64,000 nt of DNA. It comes from Monocercomonoides exilis PA203 (Eukaryota > Protista > Preaxostyla). The stretch covers positions 806,001-870,000 of the forward strand of contig LSRY02000024.1 in assembly GCA_001643675.2 (NCBI GenBank), written 5' to 3'. The position numbers and the translations under genes were made by a program. This document shows positions 1 to 11,702 of this stretch, one piece after another. How positions within the stretch are numbered: the first letter of the stretch is position 1; every line of letters begins with the position of its first letter. The notes under the pieces are model-generated. The model was not told where the DNA came from. It saw nothing but the letters and a program-made list of their open reading frames with translations, and searched no databases.

Positions 1-56
1 CGTAAAAAGAGGAAGATGAAAATGATCAGTTTTCTATTTTTTCTTTCTCGAAGAAT

Positions 57-254
57 TTGACTGTTGCTGTTTTTGATGACGATGTCGAAGAAGAAGAAGA
101 AGAAGAAGAAGAGGAAGAGGAAGAAGAGGAGGAAGAAGAAGAAGAAGAAGTTAAAGAATTTAGAGAAGGTGAGGAAGAAGTAAATGATGAAGAAGAAAGT
201 GAAGAAAGTGAAGAAGATGAGATGATGAAGAAAATGAATATTTTTCGCGATTGA
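57..254 (+). repeat. (GAA/GAG)n purine-rich tract reading as poly-Glu; possible 3' remnant of an acidic ORF
   Basis: GAAGAA/GAGGAA run at about 87-150; no recognisable domain. Confidence 0.45.
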
Positions 255-2077
255 CAAATCCATAAAAAATTCAAAAAAATTCCAAGGAAGAAGTTGGGAG
301 GTTCCATGTGATTTTGTTTACTGAATGAAACATTTCATTTAACAAGTTAACTTCGCAACGAGACAAAAACCCAAATTGCAAATATTTTGGATGATATTCT
401 GTAATTAATCAATTAAGCTTGATTTCTTCAAATCAACTCACTTTCTTTCAACAATTTCCTCTCTTTTCCCTTCAAAAATAAAAAATGAAGATATCTCTGA
501 ATTTCCACTCCTTTCCATTTTCCTCTTCCATTCAGCTCTCAAAATCATCAAAAAATGTCAATTCCCTTCCTTTTCTTCATTTTTCGCAGTCTCTTCCATA
601 AAATATTCTTCTCCTCTCAAAAAAGAAAAAACCCCTCTTCCATTAGAATATTTCGGAATATTCTTCTTCTTTCCCGCCTTTGCCCTCTTTTCTTTTTTTT
701 CAAAATCCATTTCTCCAATCGACAATAAGCCCTCCTTCATCATCCCCAGTCACTTCTCTATATTTTTTCTATTTTTTCTTCTCCAAATCTCCGCTTGCTC
801 TTCCCCATCCCCTTTGTCTCAGAATTTCTTCCTTTCAAAAGCCCCTCTCGAAACATTAACATTCTCAATAACACTCAACTCCCGCCCCCTGCTACAAAAA
901 ATCCCCTTCCATCTCATCTCCGATCCATATCCCTCATGTGCATAGTGTTGATGAGATAAACATCAAATACTTCTTTTGGTGGTTGAGAATATTATTAAAG
1001 GAGAGGATCATGACAAAAACAGAAAAAAACACATCTGCACATCCACCACAATGTGTACGGGCCGAAAAGACCCTCCAGTGAAATGTACAATGTATTTTGT
1101 GGAGATGCATTCCATGCTGCATTTTCCATTCCGAGACTAAAATGAAGAGATTGATTTTTTGAATGATGATGGCTGTGGAAATGAAGCTGTTTGGCAAAAT
1201 GTAGTCGAAGCGCAGTTTTGTCTTTATTCATTTTTCTATATATGAATATTAACCTGTTGAATGTTTTTGTGTTGTTTTCAGGGCAGGAGGTGGAAAAGAA
1301 TGAAAAAGAATGAAATGTTTATATCTCATTGTGCATGGTGACTATGGAGTTGGGAGAGCGGATTCATGGAAAGTCCACAGGACAGAGGGATTGAGAAGGA
1401 AATTTGAAATAATAATTTCTTAAGAAGTAGTTGGATTTATAAAACAAACAAAAACCTCTTTTTTTCGAGAAAAGAAGAAACATTAAAAAGAGAAAAGGCT
1501 ATTAGAAAGGACGATATGTCAGCAAGCTGCCAGATCTGTGGAAATTCATTGATTCAGTTTTCAATTTTCAATTTCAACTTATTTTTTTTTAAATTCATTT
1601 TCAATAACAATATGTATCATATATTTGAATATGAAATTGATGTATTACATTATCTTAATTATTGTTATCATGTTTTTGGAATCAGTTAACTTATGTTTTA
1701 TTAGGTTTATCGAATTTTCGATATTTTTTTTAAGAAATTATATTTATTTCTCGATATTTGAAATAAAAACATTTGGAAACAAATAAAAATCAACAAATAA
1801 TAAATAATAACAATATATTAATGGATATTTTCTCATTATTTTACAAAAATATATTTCTATTAAGCACATCCCTTAATGAAATTCTTTTTTGATCAAACGT
1901 CGGAATTTTTTATGATATCAAAAAAAATCACCCAAATGGAGAAATGAAAGAAACGCAAACAAAGGACGAGTATCTTTTTAATGGATAAAAAGAACTTGTT
2001 ATTTGATGATTTTTTGAGAAAAGATGAAAATTGTTGATTGAAATAATTGTGTCATAATGTTCTGTGCATCTCATATC

Positions 2078-3413
2078 TCACAGATTTACAAAATAATCAG
2101 AAATATTCAATGACAACTGATGATAAGATCTTCTGTCAAGCAAATAAATTGTTTTCCCAAAGCTCGTGATGAGATCCTCATATCCTTCTTCTTCCATCTT
2201 GTCAAACATCTCCCTTTCAGATGATTTTCTTTTCGCTTCTTCCATTCCGCTTGTCTTTGCTCCTTTCAATTTCTCTGAAACATTCAAATAGAATTTTAAG
2301 CAAATCCTAAGGACTTTGTATTCCAATAATGATTGCTGAATCTCCTCCAAAATCAGATTGATCGTTCCGCTCTTCAATAAAGAATCAACGCTGACAGTTC
2401 CATTTTGAGGCAAGAAAAAAAAAGAGAAAAGCAGATTTCAAATATTTCTCTTTTATTCTCTTTTGCTGCTTTGCACAGCTCTACAATACAATGAATTAGT
2501 TCAGCATTTTCTTTGTTCTGCGATCTGAATTCATGAAAATAACCATTCACCTCAACGATCCATTTTTTAATTAGTCAAATTTTTTTCATTTCTTTTCCCA
2601 TTTTATCATCTTCTTTTCTTTTCCAATCTATGCATTTCGATATCTCTTCCAATTCGTTTATCGCCTCTCTTGCAAAGAACAACTCATCCAAAATTGAACT
2701 TTCAAAATCTTTACTATTATAAAGCCTATTGATTAAAAACGTCTAAGTCAAAAAATAGGCAATACGTGTCAAATTTCGATTCATCTGGTGATATTTGATG
2801 AGTTCAACGAGCTCATTCAGAGACAATTCATTTTCTAAAGACTTGTCAATGCGTTCATCAAAATCTAAATACAATAAACGATCAGAGAAAACATTCAAAC
2901 TCTGTGCATTCTAATAACACTCAATGAAAGAAATGCCATTTCTCCTTCCTTTTGAGTTTCCTTGTACTTTTCTCTCTTCAAGGCAACTTTCACCAGGGCA
3001 GGCACACAAATTGATAACAATCCAGATGGAATCCCATAATTGAGCAAAACAAAGCACTCGTGAAGATCAACAAGAAGATTCTCATTCTTTCCTTTTTTTG
3101 TTTCATCTTCATCAACAATCATCTTCTCAAATCTTTTCCCCAATGAAGAACTGTTGAAACTACTGCTGACAAAACCCATCACTGCAATGAAAAACCCCAT
3201 GTGCTTCAACGCCACAAGCGCATTTTTTAAAGATATTCTCCTTTCTTCAATCATTTTGTCTATTTTATTGAACATTTCCGTTGTAAAAACCGTATGAAAT
3301 TCTTTTATGCTCATATCTGCAATCATTTCGCTTGTTTCTTCGATTTTCTGATTTAGTTCATCCTTACTGCAATGCTCCAGCTCTGAAAATAATTCTGAAA
3401 AAGAAAATTCCAT
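2078..3413 (-). pseudogene. Decayed copy of a lineage-specific helical protein family (paralog of 10396-11702)
   Basis: Shares ELEHC..E..QKIEE, KMI.DE, A.L.LS and the C-terminal LSLNISDYFVN with the 10.4-11.7 kb copy. GTTTGA intron donor at 2900 in the same position as in the paralog. The middle exon has a premature TAG (RIAYFLT*, paralog QSTW) and further disruptions. Confidence 0.75.
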
Positions 3414-5074
3414 AATTGCTAAGAATTAAAATCGACAATGAATATCAACCAATGAATATGTTTGCGGTATTCATTTCCTGTCCATTCGAAAAAAGATTGC
3501 ATTCAGAAAAGACATTTTATTAACCATTTGAATTGAATGTGTAAATTTTTGAATAGAAGAAATTGGAGAAGATAAAATTTTAAACCAATCAAAAAAATAT
3601 ATACACTCACACAATAGTTTTGTGATTCGACATTTGAAAAGTGATAACACAGAAAAAAAAAGATTTGTTTCTATATTAATGCTTTTATGGATGTTCAGAT
3701 CATCGAATTTTTAAGAATGAAATTGCTCTGACTTAAAATGAAAGATTGATCAACGAAAAAAAACTTGAGAATGAAAAATATGATTTCTCATGATGGTTTT
3801 ATAAACTGAAAAGACATATCAAACGATGGAATAATAAATGATAATTTTTGGAAATTGGAAGACAAAGAAAAAAAATGACAATTTTATATTTTAAATGATA
3901 ATATCAATGTAGATGCAATTTTCATTGATCTTTTCATTGGGAAGATATTTATGTCCACTTTTCCAAACCTCATGAATTTGACGAATTGTTTCAAAATAAA
4001 ATATCCACTTGTTCAAGATGAAAATTTGTAGGGAGCATTGCGTGCCGTCGACAAATGTTCCATAGGAAAAGGAAACATGCATGCGTCAGTTCAGAAACGA
4101 TTTTATTTTATGAGACATGCGCTGTTTTGGTACTAACAGTATTTAACGGAAGAAAAGGAAAATAATGAAATCAGTTTCTACAGAAATATTGGAAACTTAA
4201 CCCATTTGGTTCAGGAAGAATACTGAAAAGGAAAGTGATCGCATTTCTGTGCTCTATCATTTTTTGAAAGTAGGAATGATAAAATATTTTGTATTAACGG
4301 AGATTTGATGGTGAAAAAAGCGTTGATTTTGGAATAGCATATTTCTTATTTTTGAGAATCGCAATAGAATGTTTGAAATTTTTTGTGGTGCTCTGATTGA
4401 TTCATGGAATTATTTGATTATCTTCTGATTCAGGTTGCTCAAATGAAAAAAGAGAAAGAGTTATTGGGCAATGGAAAAGACAATAAAATGGATGGTTTCA
4501 AACGAAAGCAAACAAAAAGAATAGAAGAAGAAGAAGAAGAAGAAGAAGATAAGAAAATGGAAATGAGATTTGGATGAATTGAACGAAAAGTCAATGATGT
4601 GGAAAAAAATCCGAATGAAGAGCTGAGTTTGATTTTTCCACAATGAGCGATATGTTCCATTTCTTGACCGTTCCATCCAGAACCCAAAGGATTAACTTTA
4701 TTTGGAACGGTTTTTTTTGTTAGCCGATCTTGCTTCATTCAAAGCAAGAAAGGCAAATAACTGCAACAAACGACTCAGAATTCTTTGAGTTATATCAATC
4801 AAAAGACAATCTGATATTTCCTCGGCCACAGTCTCTTCTGTGCCAGAAATGCTTCCTCCAATCATTTCTATTATACATTCTCACTTCCGTTCTCATCTTC
4901 AGAGAAACCATTGAATTTGATGAAAATCCAAATAACATTCAGCTGCAGCGCTTGCTGTTGCAGAAGCACAGCAATTGTCAATGCATTGTTTGGTCTCACA
5001 CAAAATGTCGCATCGGCATTAATTTTTATTCGGAAAAATCTTTCTATTCTTTTTCTCTCTTGGCTTTCTTTCAG

Positions 5075-5175
5075 AATCAAAACGCAAGCATTTTGATTTG
5101 CAAGAAAACATTCATTCACTTTCTTCTCTTCGATCTGAGAGTATCACTTAAGGGTTAGTCACCCAAGCGAATCTG
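5075..5175 (+). repeat. DIRS left terminus and left inverted terminal repeat
   Basis: 5114-5175 is the reverse complement of 9561-9622 (one mismatch); 5075-5142 is the reverse complement of 9301-9368. Confidence 0.92.
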
Positions 5176-5183
5176 AAAAAAGA

Positions 5184-6026
5184 ATGCTCCCTAGCTCTCC
5201 ACTCAGCACTGGACCCGCGTTGAATTCTGCCACATCAATGATGTCAGATGGACCTCCGGGAGAGACGGTTTCGAGTGTGATTTCTCATTCCAGTTCTGAA
5301 TTTTCCCAGCAGATCCCGGGAGCTTCAGAAGCGAAAATAAGCCATGGCGACGATTGTTTGCTGCTAGAAAATCGTTTTAAAACAATATATCTCAGAGATT
5401 CGGACTGCAGCTTATATGATATGGATTTACCAGAAAGATATTTGGAAGATGTTATTAATGATTTGAAGGAAGATGATTTAAGTCCATTTCTGCCAAAGGC
5501 TCCTCCTGCAACTTCGAGAACAGATAATTGGATGAATGACGCATTGGACAAGGCAGGCGAGCGAACAGAAGCATTTCTATATCCAGCCATTAAAATTCTG
5601 CTTTACACCCACGCGAAATTAAAAGAAAAAGATGACGAAAAAGGATCAATTGCAGATGCAATTTTATTAGTTTCAAAAGCGCTGAAGGAAGCAAGATCTG
5701 TAAGAATTCAAGGAAGATTCGGCTTTAGGGCAGCTGCACAGATGAAGGAGAGCACAGCTTCCAGTCTTCTTACTCAAAGGCAATCAGAAGTTCTTGAAGA
5801 ATGGAGAAAAACAGAGAGGAGTCAACAATTCAAGCCACAAACAACGAGCTGGCCTATGAGAAGAAGTTCGATTAGAGCCAGAACAATTCCAACCAGAAGA
5901 TCAGCTTGTCACAGATTTTTTCAAAGAGCTCCCCGGTTGTCAAGACAACAAAACCAAATCCGGCTGCTACCAAGAGCTTCAGGTTTCGTTTCAAGAAGAC
6001 AATCAGGGGAGCGAAAATTCCAATAG
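5184..6026 (+). CDS. DIRS Gag-like ORF1
   Basis: 280-aa ORF starting just after the left ITR, with a basic Arg-rich C-terminus overlapping the pol frame; call is based on position. Confidence 0.75.
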   Translation: MLPSSPLSTGPALNSATSMMSDGPPGETVSSVISHSSSEFSQQIPGASEAKISHGDDCLLLENRFKTIYLRDSDCSLYDMDLPERYLEDVINDLKEDDLSPFLPKAPPATSRTDNWMNDALDKAGERTEAFLYPAIKILLYTHAKLKEKDDEKGSIADAILLVSKALKEARSVRIQGRFGFRAAAQMKESTASSLLTQRQSEVLEEWRKTERSQQFKPQTTSWPMRRSSIRARTIPTRRSACHRFFQRAPRLSRQQNQIRLLPRASGFVSRRQSGERKFQ

Positions 6027-7965
6027 AAGAAACGAACAGCATTCTACAGCCCGCAGAAGTCCGACAAGAGGCAATGGTTGGAGGAAGATCTTGTTTATTT
6101 CGAGAAGAATGGGAAAAAATTTGAGGGGCACGAATTATTGGGAAAGGAGTAATCCCTGTTTGGAGGAGCAAAGCCGCGAAGGAATCACTCAAGAAAACAG
6201 GAGTATTCAACCTTTTGAAGCACCAGAGTCAAAAAGCCCAACAAGCCTTTTCAGAGATGATCAAGAAGCAACTGGAAACAAATATCATCAAGCCGATTCA
6301 GGAGAAGGATGTGAAGCATTTGAATCCAGTTTTTGTAATCAGAAAGAAAGACGGCGGCTGGAGGCAAATCGTGGATTGCCGAAGACTCAACAATGCTATC
6401 AAGACGATTTATTACAAGCAAGAAGACCACAGAACAGTGGAGAAAATTATACTAGAAAAGGATTACGCAGTCACATTGGACTTGAGCCAAGCTTATTATC
6501 TTATAAAAATCAGCGAAGAATTATCACCATTCATTTCGTTCGTTTTCAAAGGAATATACTACGCTTACCATGGAATGCCTTTCGGATACAAAGATGCGCC
6601 TCGAACGTTCACAAAAGTGATGAGGAAAGTTCTAAAATACATGAGGGATGAATGGAGCGTGAGAGCCATTGCATATTTGGACGATATTGTTCTTCTTCAT
6701 CAAAATCCACAGGAACTCAACATTATTGTGGAGAAAACCCTTTCGATGTTCAACAAATTGGGACTGTTGGTCAATTCAGAAAAATGTCATTTAATTCCAT
6801 GTCAGCAGTTCAAATTTTTGGGCTTCCAATGGGATACCAATCAGTTTGTGGTACAGATAGAGGAATCGAAGAAAACCGAGCTGATGAAAGAGTGCAAGAA
6901 ATGGAGGAGGATTGCCCAGAACAACAGAGTTGTTTCGATAAAGAAGTTTGCCTCATTGATAGGGAAACTGAATGCAACAAGATTCGTGTATCAAGAAGCC
7001 TCCCTGAATTTGTCACAACTGTACAAACTCCTAAACATAGCTTTGAGTCTGAATGGATGGCAAGGAAAAATGCGCGTGAATGCATCGATAACAAATTGCC
7101 TCATGAAGTGGAGTGAAAGGCTGAAAGAGAACCAACCAAGGAGATTGAATCCAGTGTTTCGACAAGATGCAATTCTTACAACAGATGCATCAGGGTTTGC
7201 CACTGGCGCAACGCTAAAAGCCAACAATCAAATGCTGGACTTTCACAAACCTCTTCCACCTCCAGTCAGAAACCAAAGTTCAAATTACAGAGAGCTATTC
7301 GCTATCAATCAAGCCATCGCGCATTTCTCAAATTCCATTCGAAATCAAGAAATAAGAAATCTACTTATTCGATCAGACAACACAACAGCAGTTTACAATC
7401 TGAATCGATGGGGAGCGGGTCCGAATCTCAGAACCCTTCTGAAGAAAATATGGAATCAAACCCATGCGCTGAAAGTGGTCGTGAAAGCTCAACATATTCC
7501 CGGAGAGAGAAACGTCAGAGCAGATGGCCTATCGAGATTGGCGAAAGGAGGAGATTACGAAGTCGGACAAGAAGCACTCGAAGAGATCACCAATCAGCTT
7601 CAGATGCACATCACACTCGATGCGTTCGCAACAAAAACACAAAATCAACGAGATGGTGCGGACCAGGAAGCAATTTAAGTCAAGACGGGTTACAAATTTC
7701 TTGGAGAAACGAGACAGTTCTTGCTCATCCACCGGTTCATTTGATTCCAGCAGTGATCCGAAAAGCAGCGATGGAGAAAGCTCGAGTTCTTCTTCTTCTT
7801 CCAGATTGGAAAGGTCAGATATGTGAACCTCTTCTGAACAACACAAATCACATCTCTTGGACATGGAGGAGAACGGAGGAGATAATAAGGGAAGGAAGAT
7901 GGATGAAGCTAATGAATGCTACACTTCCACCAGGAAGACTGAGGATATGCCTAATCAATCCATAA
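5906..7965 (+). pseudogene. DIRS pol (RT + RNase H + adenine-methyltransferase-like domain), disrupted
   Basis: VGGR...F...W upstream motif, then KKDGGWR.IVDCR.LN, LDLSQAYY, MPFG, YLDD, FLG. RNase H motifs TTDAS, SNYREL, SDNTT, HIPGERNVRADGLSR. MT region LDAFA...SW...AHPP..LI...P.W. In-frame TGA at 6122-6124 and a frameshift near 7630-7645. Confidence 0.93.
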
Positions 7966-9284
7966 CCAAAAAGGGAGAATCGTGGTGGAACGAGATTTTG
8001 GCATCAAGAAGCATGTCACGTGAACTGGCAGAAGAGTGCAAAAACAGCGTCGCTAGAGCAACATGGATGGGATACACTTATGGTTTCGCACATTTCAAAG
8101 ACTGATGGGATCAGTTGAAACACAAAGACATACCTTCTAAATTTCAGATTTGGCAAAAAAGATGCTTGGATGTGTTTGTCGCTTTGAAAAATAACGGAAT
8201 GAAAGCTTCTTCATTGAGAATTGTCAGATCGGCCATTTCCTTTCTAACATCAGTATTATACGGAAAATCACTTAGGGAGAACACCTTGATTTCAATCCTG
8301 TTTAGATCATTCAGGAGATCAGAATGCAGAAAGAAAAAGAGACAAGATGATATGTGGAACCCTCAACAACTCTTCACGCACATAGAAACGATTGGAAAGA
8401 ACGAAAATTTGTCATTCTCGCAGCTAACGAGGAAAACAATTTGTTTGTGCATGATGTTCTCTGCTTGCCGCTTTACAGAACTGGAAAGAATCAATCTCAA
8501 GGAATCAGAAATAGATAAGCAATCAATTAACCTGAATACATCACTTAAAACTGGACTTGAAAGAAGCAACATTGTCATCTTATTCCTCGACAAAGAAAGT
8601 TTGATATGTCCAGCAACAGCCGTTAAAGATTTATGGGATCGTGTAAAAATTCACAATCCAGCTTCTAATAAACTATTTCTGAGCTCTTCAACATATGATC
8701 CAATGAATGCCCGAGCAATTCGAAAAGCATCCAGCGAAATGATGAAAGATGCAAGAATCCCTTCGAACTGCAGCCCATACACCTTGAAACATGCTTCAAT
8801 ATCAGCCTTAACAATGGCAGGAACTCCAGTCGAACAGGTGGCAAAATTCGCAAGATTATCCCCTAGCAGCAACACAGTGATAAAACATTATTTCAAATCT
8901 AACATATCAAACAAGATGGCCCAGATTATATCGTCGAATCAGGATACAAATAAAGCAATTCAACAGCCTTCCACAATTCCTCCATCCATATCCACACCAG
9001 ACGAAAAAGATTCCATTGTTCCCATCAATCAACATTCACGTTTGCCAGAAGGCCACGAAACAGAGAAAGCAAGAGAAGAGATCTCACAACCAGACCATAT
9101 TGAAGAACCAGATGATAATGAATCTCAATCCATCCACAAAAAGCAATCAAATACTACGAACAATGAAAACAAGAAAGACGAAAATGAAATCATCGAAGAA
9201 AAATGCATCCAGTTTATTATTCGAACAAGATCACAGAGACGAAAAGAAATGATGGAAAGAGAAAATTCAGAAAGTAATCCATAA
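7947..9284 (+). pseudogene. DIRS tyrosine recombinase with one in-frame TGA
   Basis: ATG at 7947 overlaps the pol end. TGA at 8103-8105 is in frame with the 8115-9284 ORF. Motifs WNP, L..KT..L, ACRFTEL, LKT, ICPA, YTLKHA, KHY. Confidence 0.9.
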
Positions 9285-9300
9285 CGCCCAATTACTACAA

Positions 9301-9403
9301 ACTCTCAGATCGAAGAGAAGAAAGTGAATGAATGTTTTCTTGCAAATCAAAATGCTTGCGTTTTGATTGAAAAAGAAAATATGAAATTCACTTTCTTCTC
9401 TTC
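9301..9403. repeat. DIRS internal complementary region (ICR)
   Basis: 9301-9368 is the reverse complement of left end 5075-5142; 9367-9403 is the reverse complement of right end 9605-9641; the two parts overlap at TT. Confidence 0.92.
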
Positions 9404-9560
9404 ACCCACCGCGTTTTCACTCCCACCCTGTGAAGAAAGCTTTAAGCAAGTTCCAGATGCAATACCAACCCAAAACCCATTTTGAAACCCATTTCACCTT
9501 TTTCTCTTCAAGCGCAATTTGTATTTTCACGCGCATTTTCCACACTTCATTTTTTTAAGC

Positions 9561-9641
9561 CAGATTCGCTTGTGTGACTAACCCTTAAGTGATACTCTCA
9601 GATCGAAGAGAAGAAAGTGAATTTCATATTTTCTTTTTCAA
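9561..9641 (-). repeat. DIRS right ITR plus right extension
   Basis: 9561-9622 is an inverted copy of 5114-5175; 9623-9641 is matched only by the ICR. Confidence 0.9.
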
Positions 9642-10395
9642 ACAAATCAAACACACACTTGTCTGATTCTTCTTTTTTTAGGCACACCAGCTTTGCAAGA
9701 TCTTTTGCCTTCTTCCTCAAAAAATTCCACTTTCTTCAGTCACTTCTCAATGAATAATTCATCTCACATGAAATTCATCGTTTCATCGTTTCATTCTTCC
9801 CATCTTTTCAATTCCAACACATTCAACGGAAGAATAGAAATTGCTATCAGAAGTTATTGTGCATTCAACTTTTGAATTGAACAAGTTCATGAACTGCAGA
9901 TGCCACAAACGAATTAATGCAATCCGAGGAAACTGAACTGAAGAAGAATGATGAAACGGGGAAATGAAGAAATTTTTGTCAGAACATTTATATGAATTTT
10001 CAAAATGTTATTCCTTCGTCCACTTCATTCTTTGTTTTCTTTATTCCTCTTGCTCATGCAAAATTGGCTGTGGATGAAATTTTCCATAAACAGTTGCACG
10101 AAACATTTGAAAAGAAAGAGCAAAGAAGAGACTTTTCAAGTTGATGAATGAGAAAGGGCAAATTGATTTTTGTTTCATGAAACTTGCTGAACAGACAAAT
10201 CGCTTGAAAAAGAAGAAAATGAAAGTCATTTTTATATTCTCTTTGTTTCTTCATTTCATCCAAATGAAGTGAGCCAAAAATCAAATTTTTGAAATAATTT
10301 TTAAGATTTTTGTTGAATTATGAAATGACAAAAAAATAAAATAAAATTAAATAAAATAAATATTTGAGTTCCAAAATAAAAAATTTCCCATTTCC

Positions 10396-11702
10396 TCAAA
10401 CATTCACAAAATAATCAGAAATATTCAACGATAATCCATAATTACAACATATATATAGAGCATTCAGTATATTATGAAAGCTTGTGATTTCATCTTCGTA
10501 TCCTTCTTCTTCCATTTTTTCAAAAACCTTTCTTATTGTTGCCTTTCTTTTCACTTCTTCCATTTCATCTTTCTTCTTTTCTTTCAATTTCCTCAATAAA
10601 TTGAGAAAAAATCTTAAGATATTTAATGAGAGTCCATCGTCCAATGTTGGCTGCTTAATTTCCTCTAAGATGTCATCAACAACTCCTCCTTTCATCAACT
10701 CTTCAACTGTTTCAAATCTGTTGTTCTTTTAAACAACGCAAAGCATTGCTCACTAATTTCTCCGTAATTATCCCTTGATGCTCTGAACAACCTTGTCATG
10801 CTACCAATTAGCCAAACAAATTCTGCATTCCACAATTTGAAACAGAGAAAATATTCTTCCAAGGTTCCCAGCCATCTCAATATAACAAGCTCTTTTTTTT
10901 TATCTTTTCTTCTTTCTTCTTTCTCCTCTTCTTTTCTCTTCCAATCCACATTTCCCCTGAGCTCTTCCAGCTCTCTTACTGCCACTCTTCCAAAATGCAG
11001 CTCATTCATAATCACTTGTCCCAGGCTTCTGTCTTGGAATAATCGGCTAATTAAAAACCTCCAAGTTGACTGATGGGCTAGATAAGTGAGATTTCTATGT
11101 TCTCGATGATATTGGATGATCTCTTTCATCTCATTCAGATACAGCTCTTTATCTATTTTCTAATAAAAAATAGAAAAATAACAATAATATGAAAAACAAA
11201 ATAGAAATGTTCAAACGTTATATCCAATTTTGCTCAAAGCCAGCAAAGCTATTTCCACTTCTTTTTGCTTTTCCTTTTTCTCCTTTTTCAATGCAGCTTT
11301 CACTAGGCAATGCAAACAAATTGAAAGCAATTCAGTCGAGAAGTAATGATTGAAAAAAATATTGCATTCGCAGAGTTCAACAAGAAGATTTTCATCCGTT
11401 TCTTCTTTTTTCTCATTTTCATCAATAATCATCTTTTGAACTTTTTTGTTCAATTTAGAATGATTAAAGCAGCCACTCGATATACCTTTCAACGTATTGC
11501 AATATCCTACATGTTTCAACAATAATAATGCATTTTCAATTAACAATTTCTTCTCATCAATCATTTTATCTATTTTAAAAGACAATTCTTCTGAAAAAAC
11601 AGATGTGAATTCTTCTTTATTCATTCCATCAATTATTTCGTCCATTTCTTCAATTTTCTGTTTCTGCTCAGAGTCAGTGCAATGCTCCAATTCATGAAGC
11701 AA
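10396..11702 (-). pseudogene. Second copy of the lineage-specific helical protein family, one intron and a probable frameshift
   Basis: Intron 11216-11160 (GTTTGA...TAG) joins GYN|KIDKELYLNEMKEIIQY; frame change near 10705-10720 into VEELMKGGVVD; collinear with the 2078-3413 copy. Confidence 0.75.

Larger units (their letters stand above)
5075..9641 (+). mobile_element. Full-length DIRS1-like tyrosine-recombinase retrotransposon
   Basis: gag - RT/RNaseH/MT - YR gene order. ITRs 5114-5175 and 9561-9622 (62 bp, 1 mismatch). ICR 9301-9403 is complementary to both outer ends. No classical TSD. Confidence 0.95.

Noticed and set aside
900-1420. GC-richer patch with short ORFs
   Set aside because: Stops in all frames and no recognisable domain
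4640-5074. Left DIRS flank with ADATFCVRP, reminiscent of a MULE DGTF motif; the right flank 9642-9950 also looks like decayed coding DNA
   Set aside because: No further MULE motifs (DFE, CxFH) found; too degraded to identify
6122-8105. TGA reassignment (alternative genetic code)
   Set aside because: Host genes such as eIF5A end in TGA, and long host ORFs contain no internal TGA
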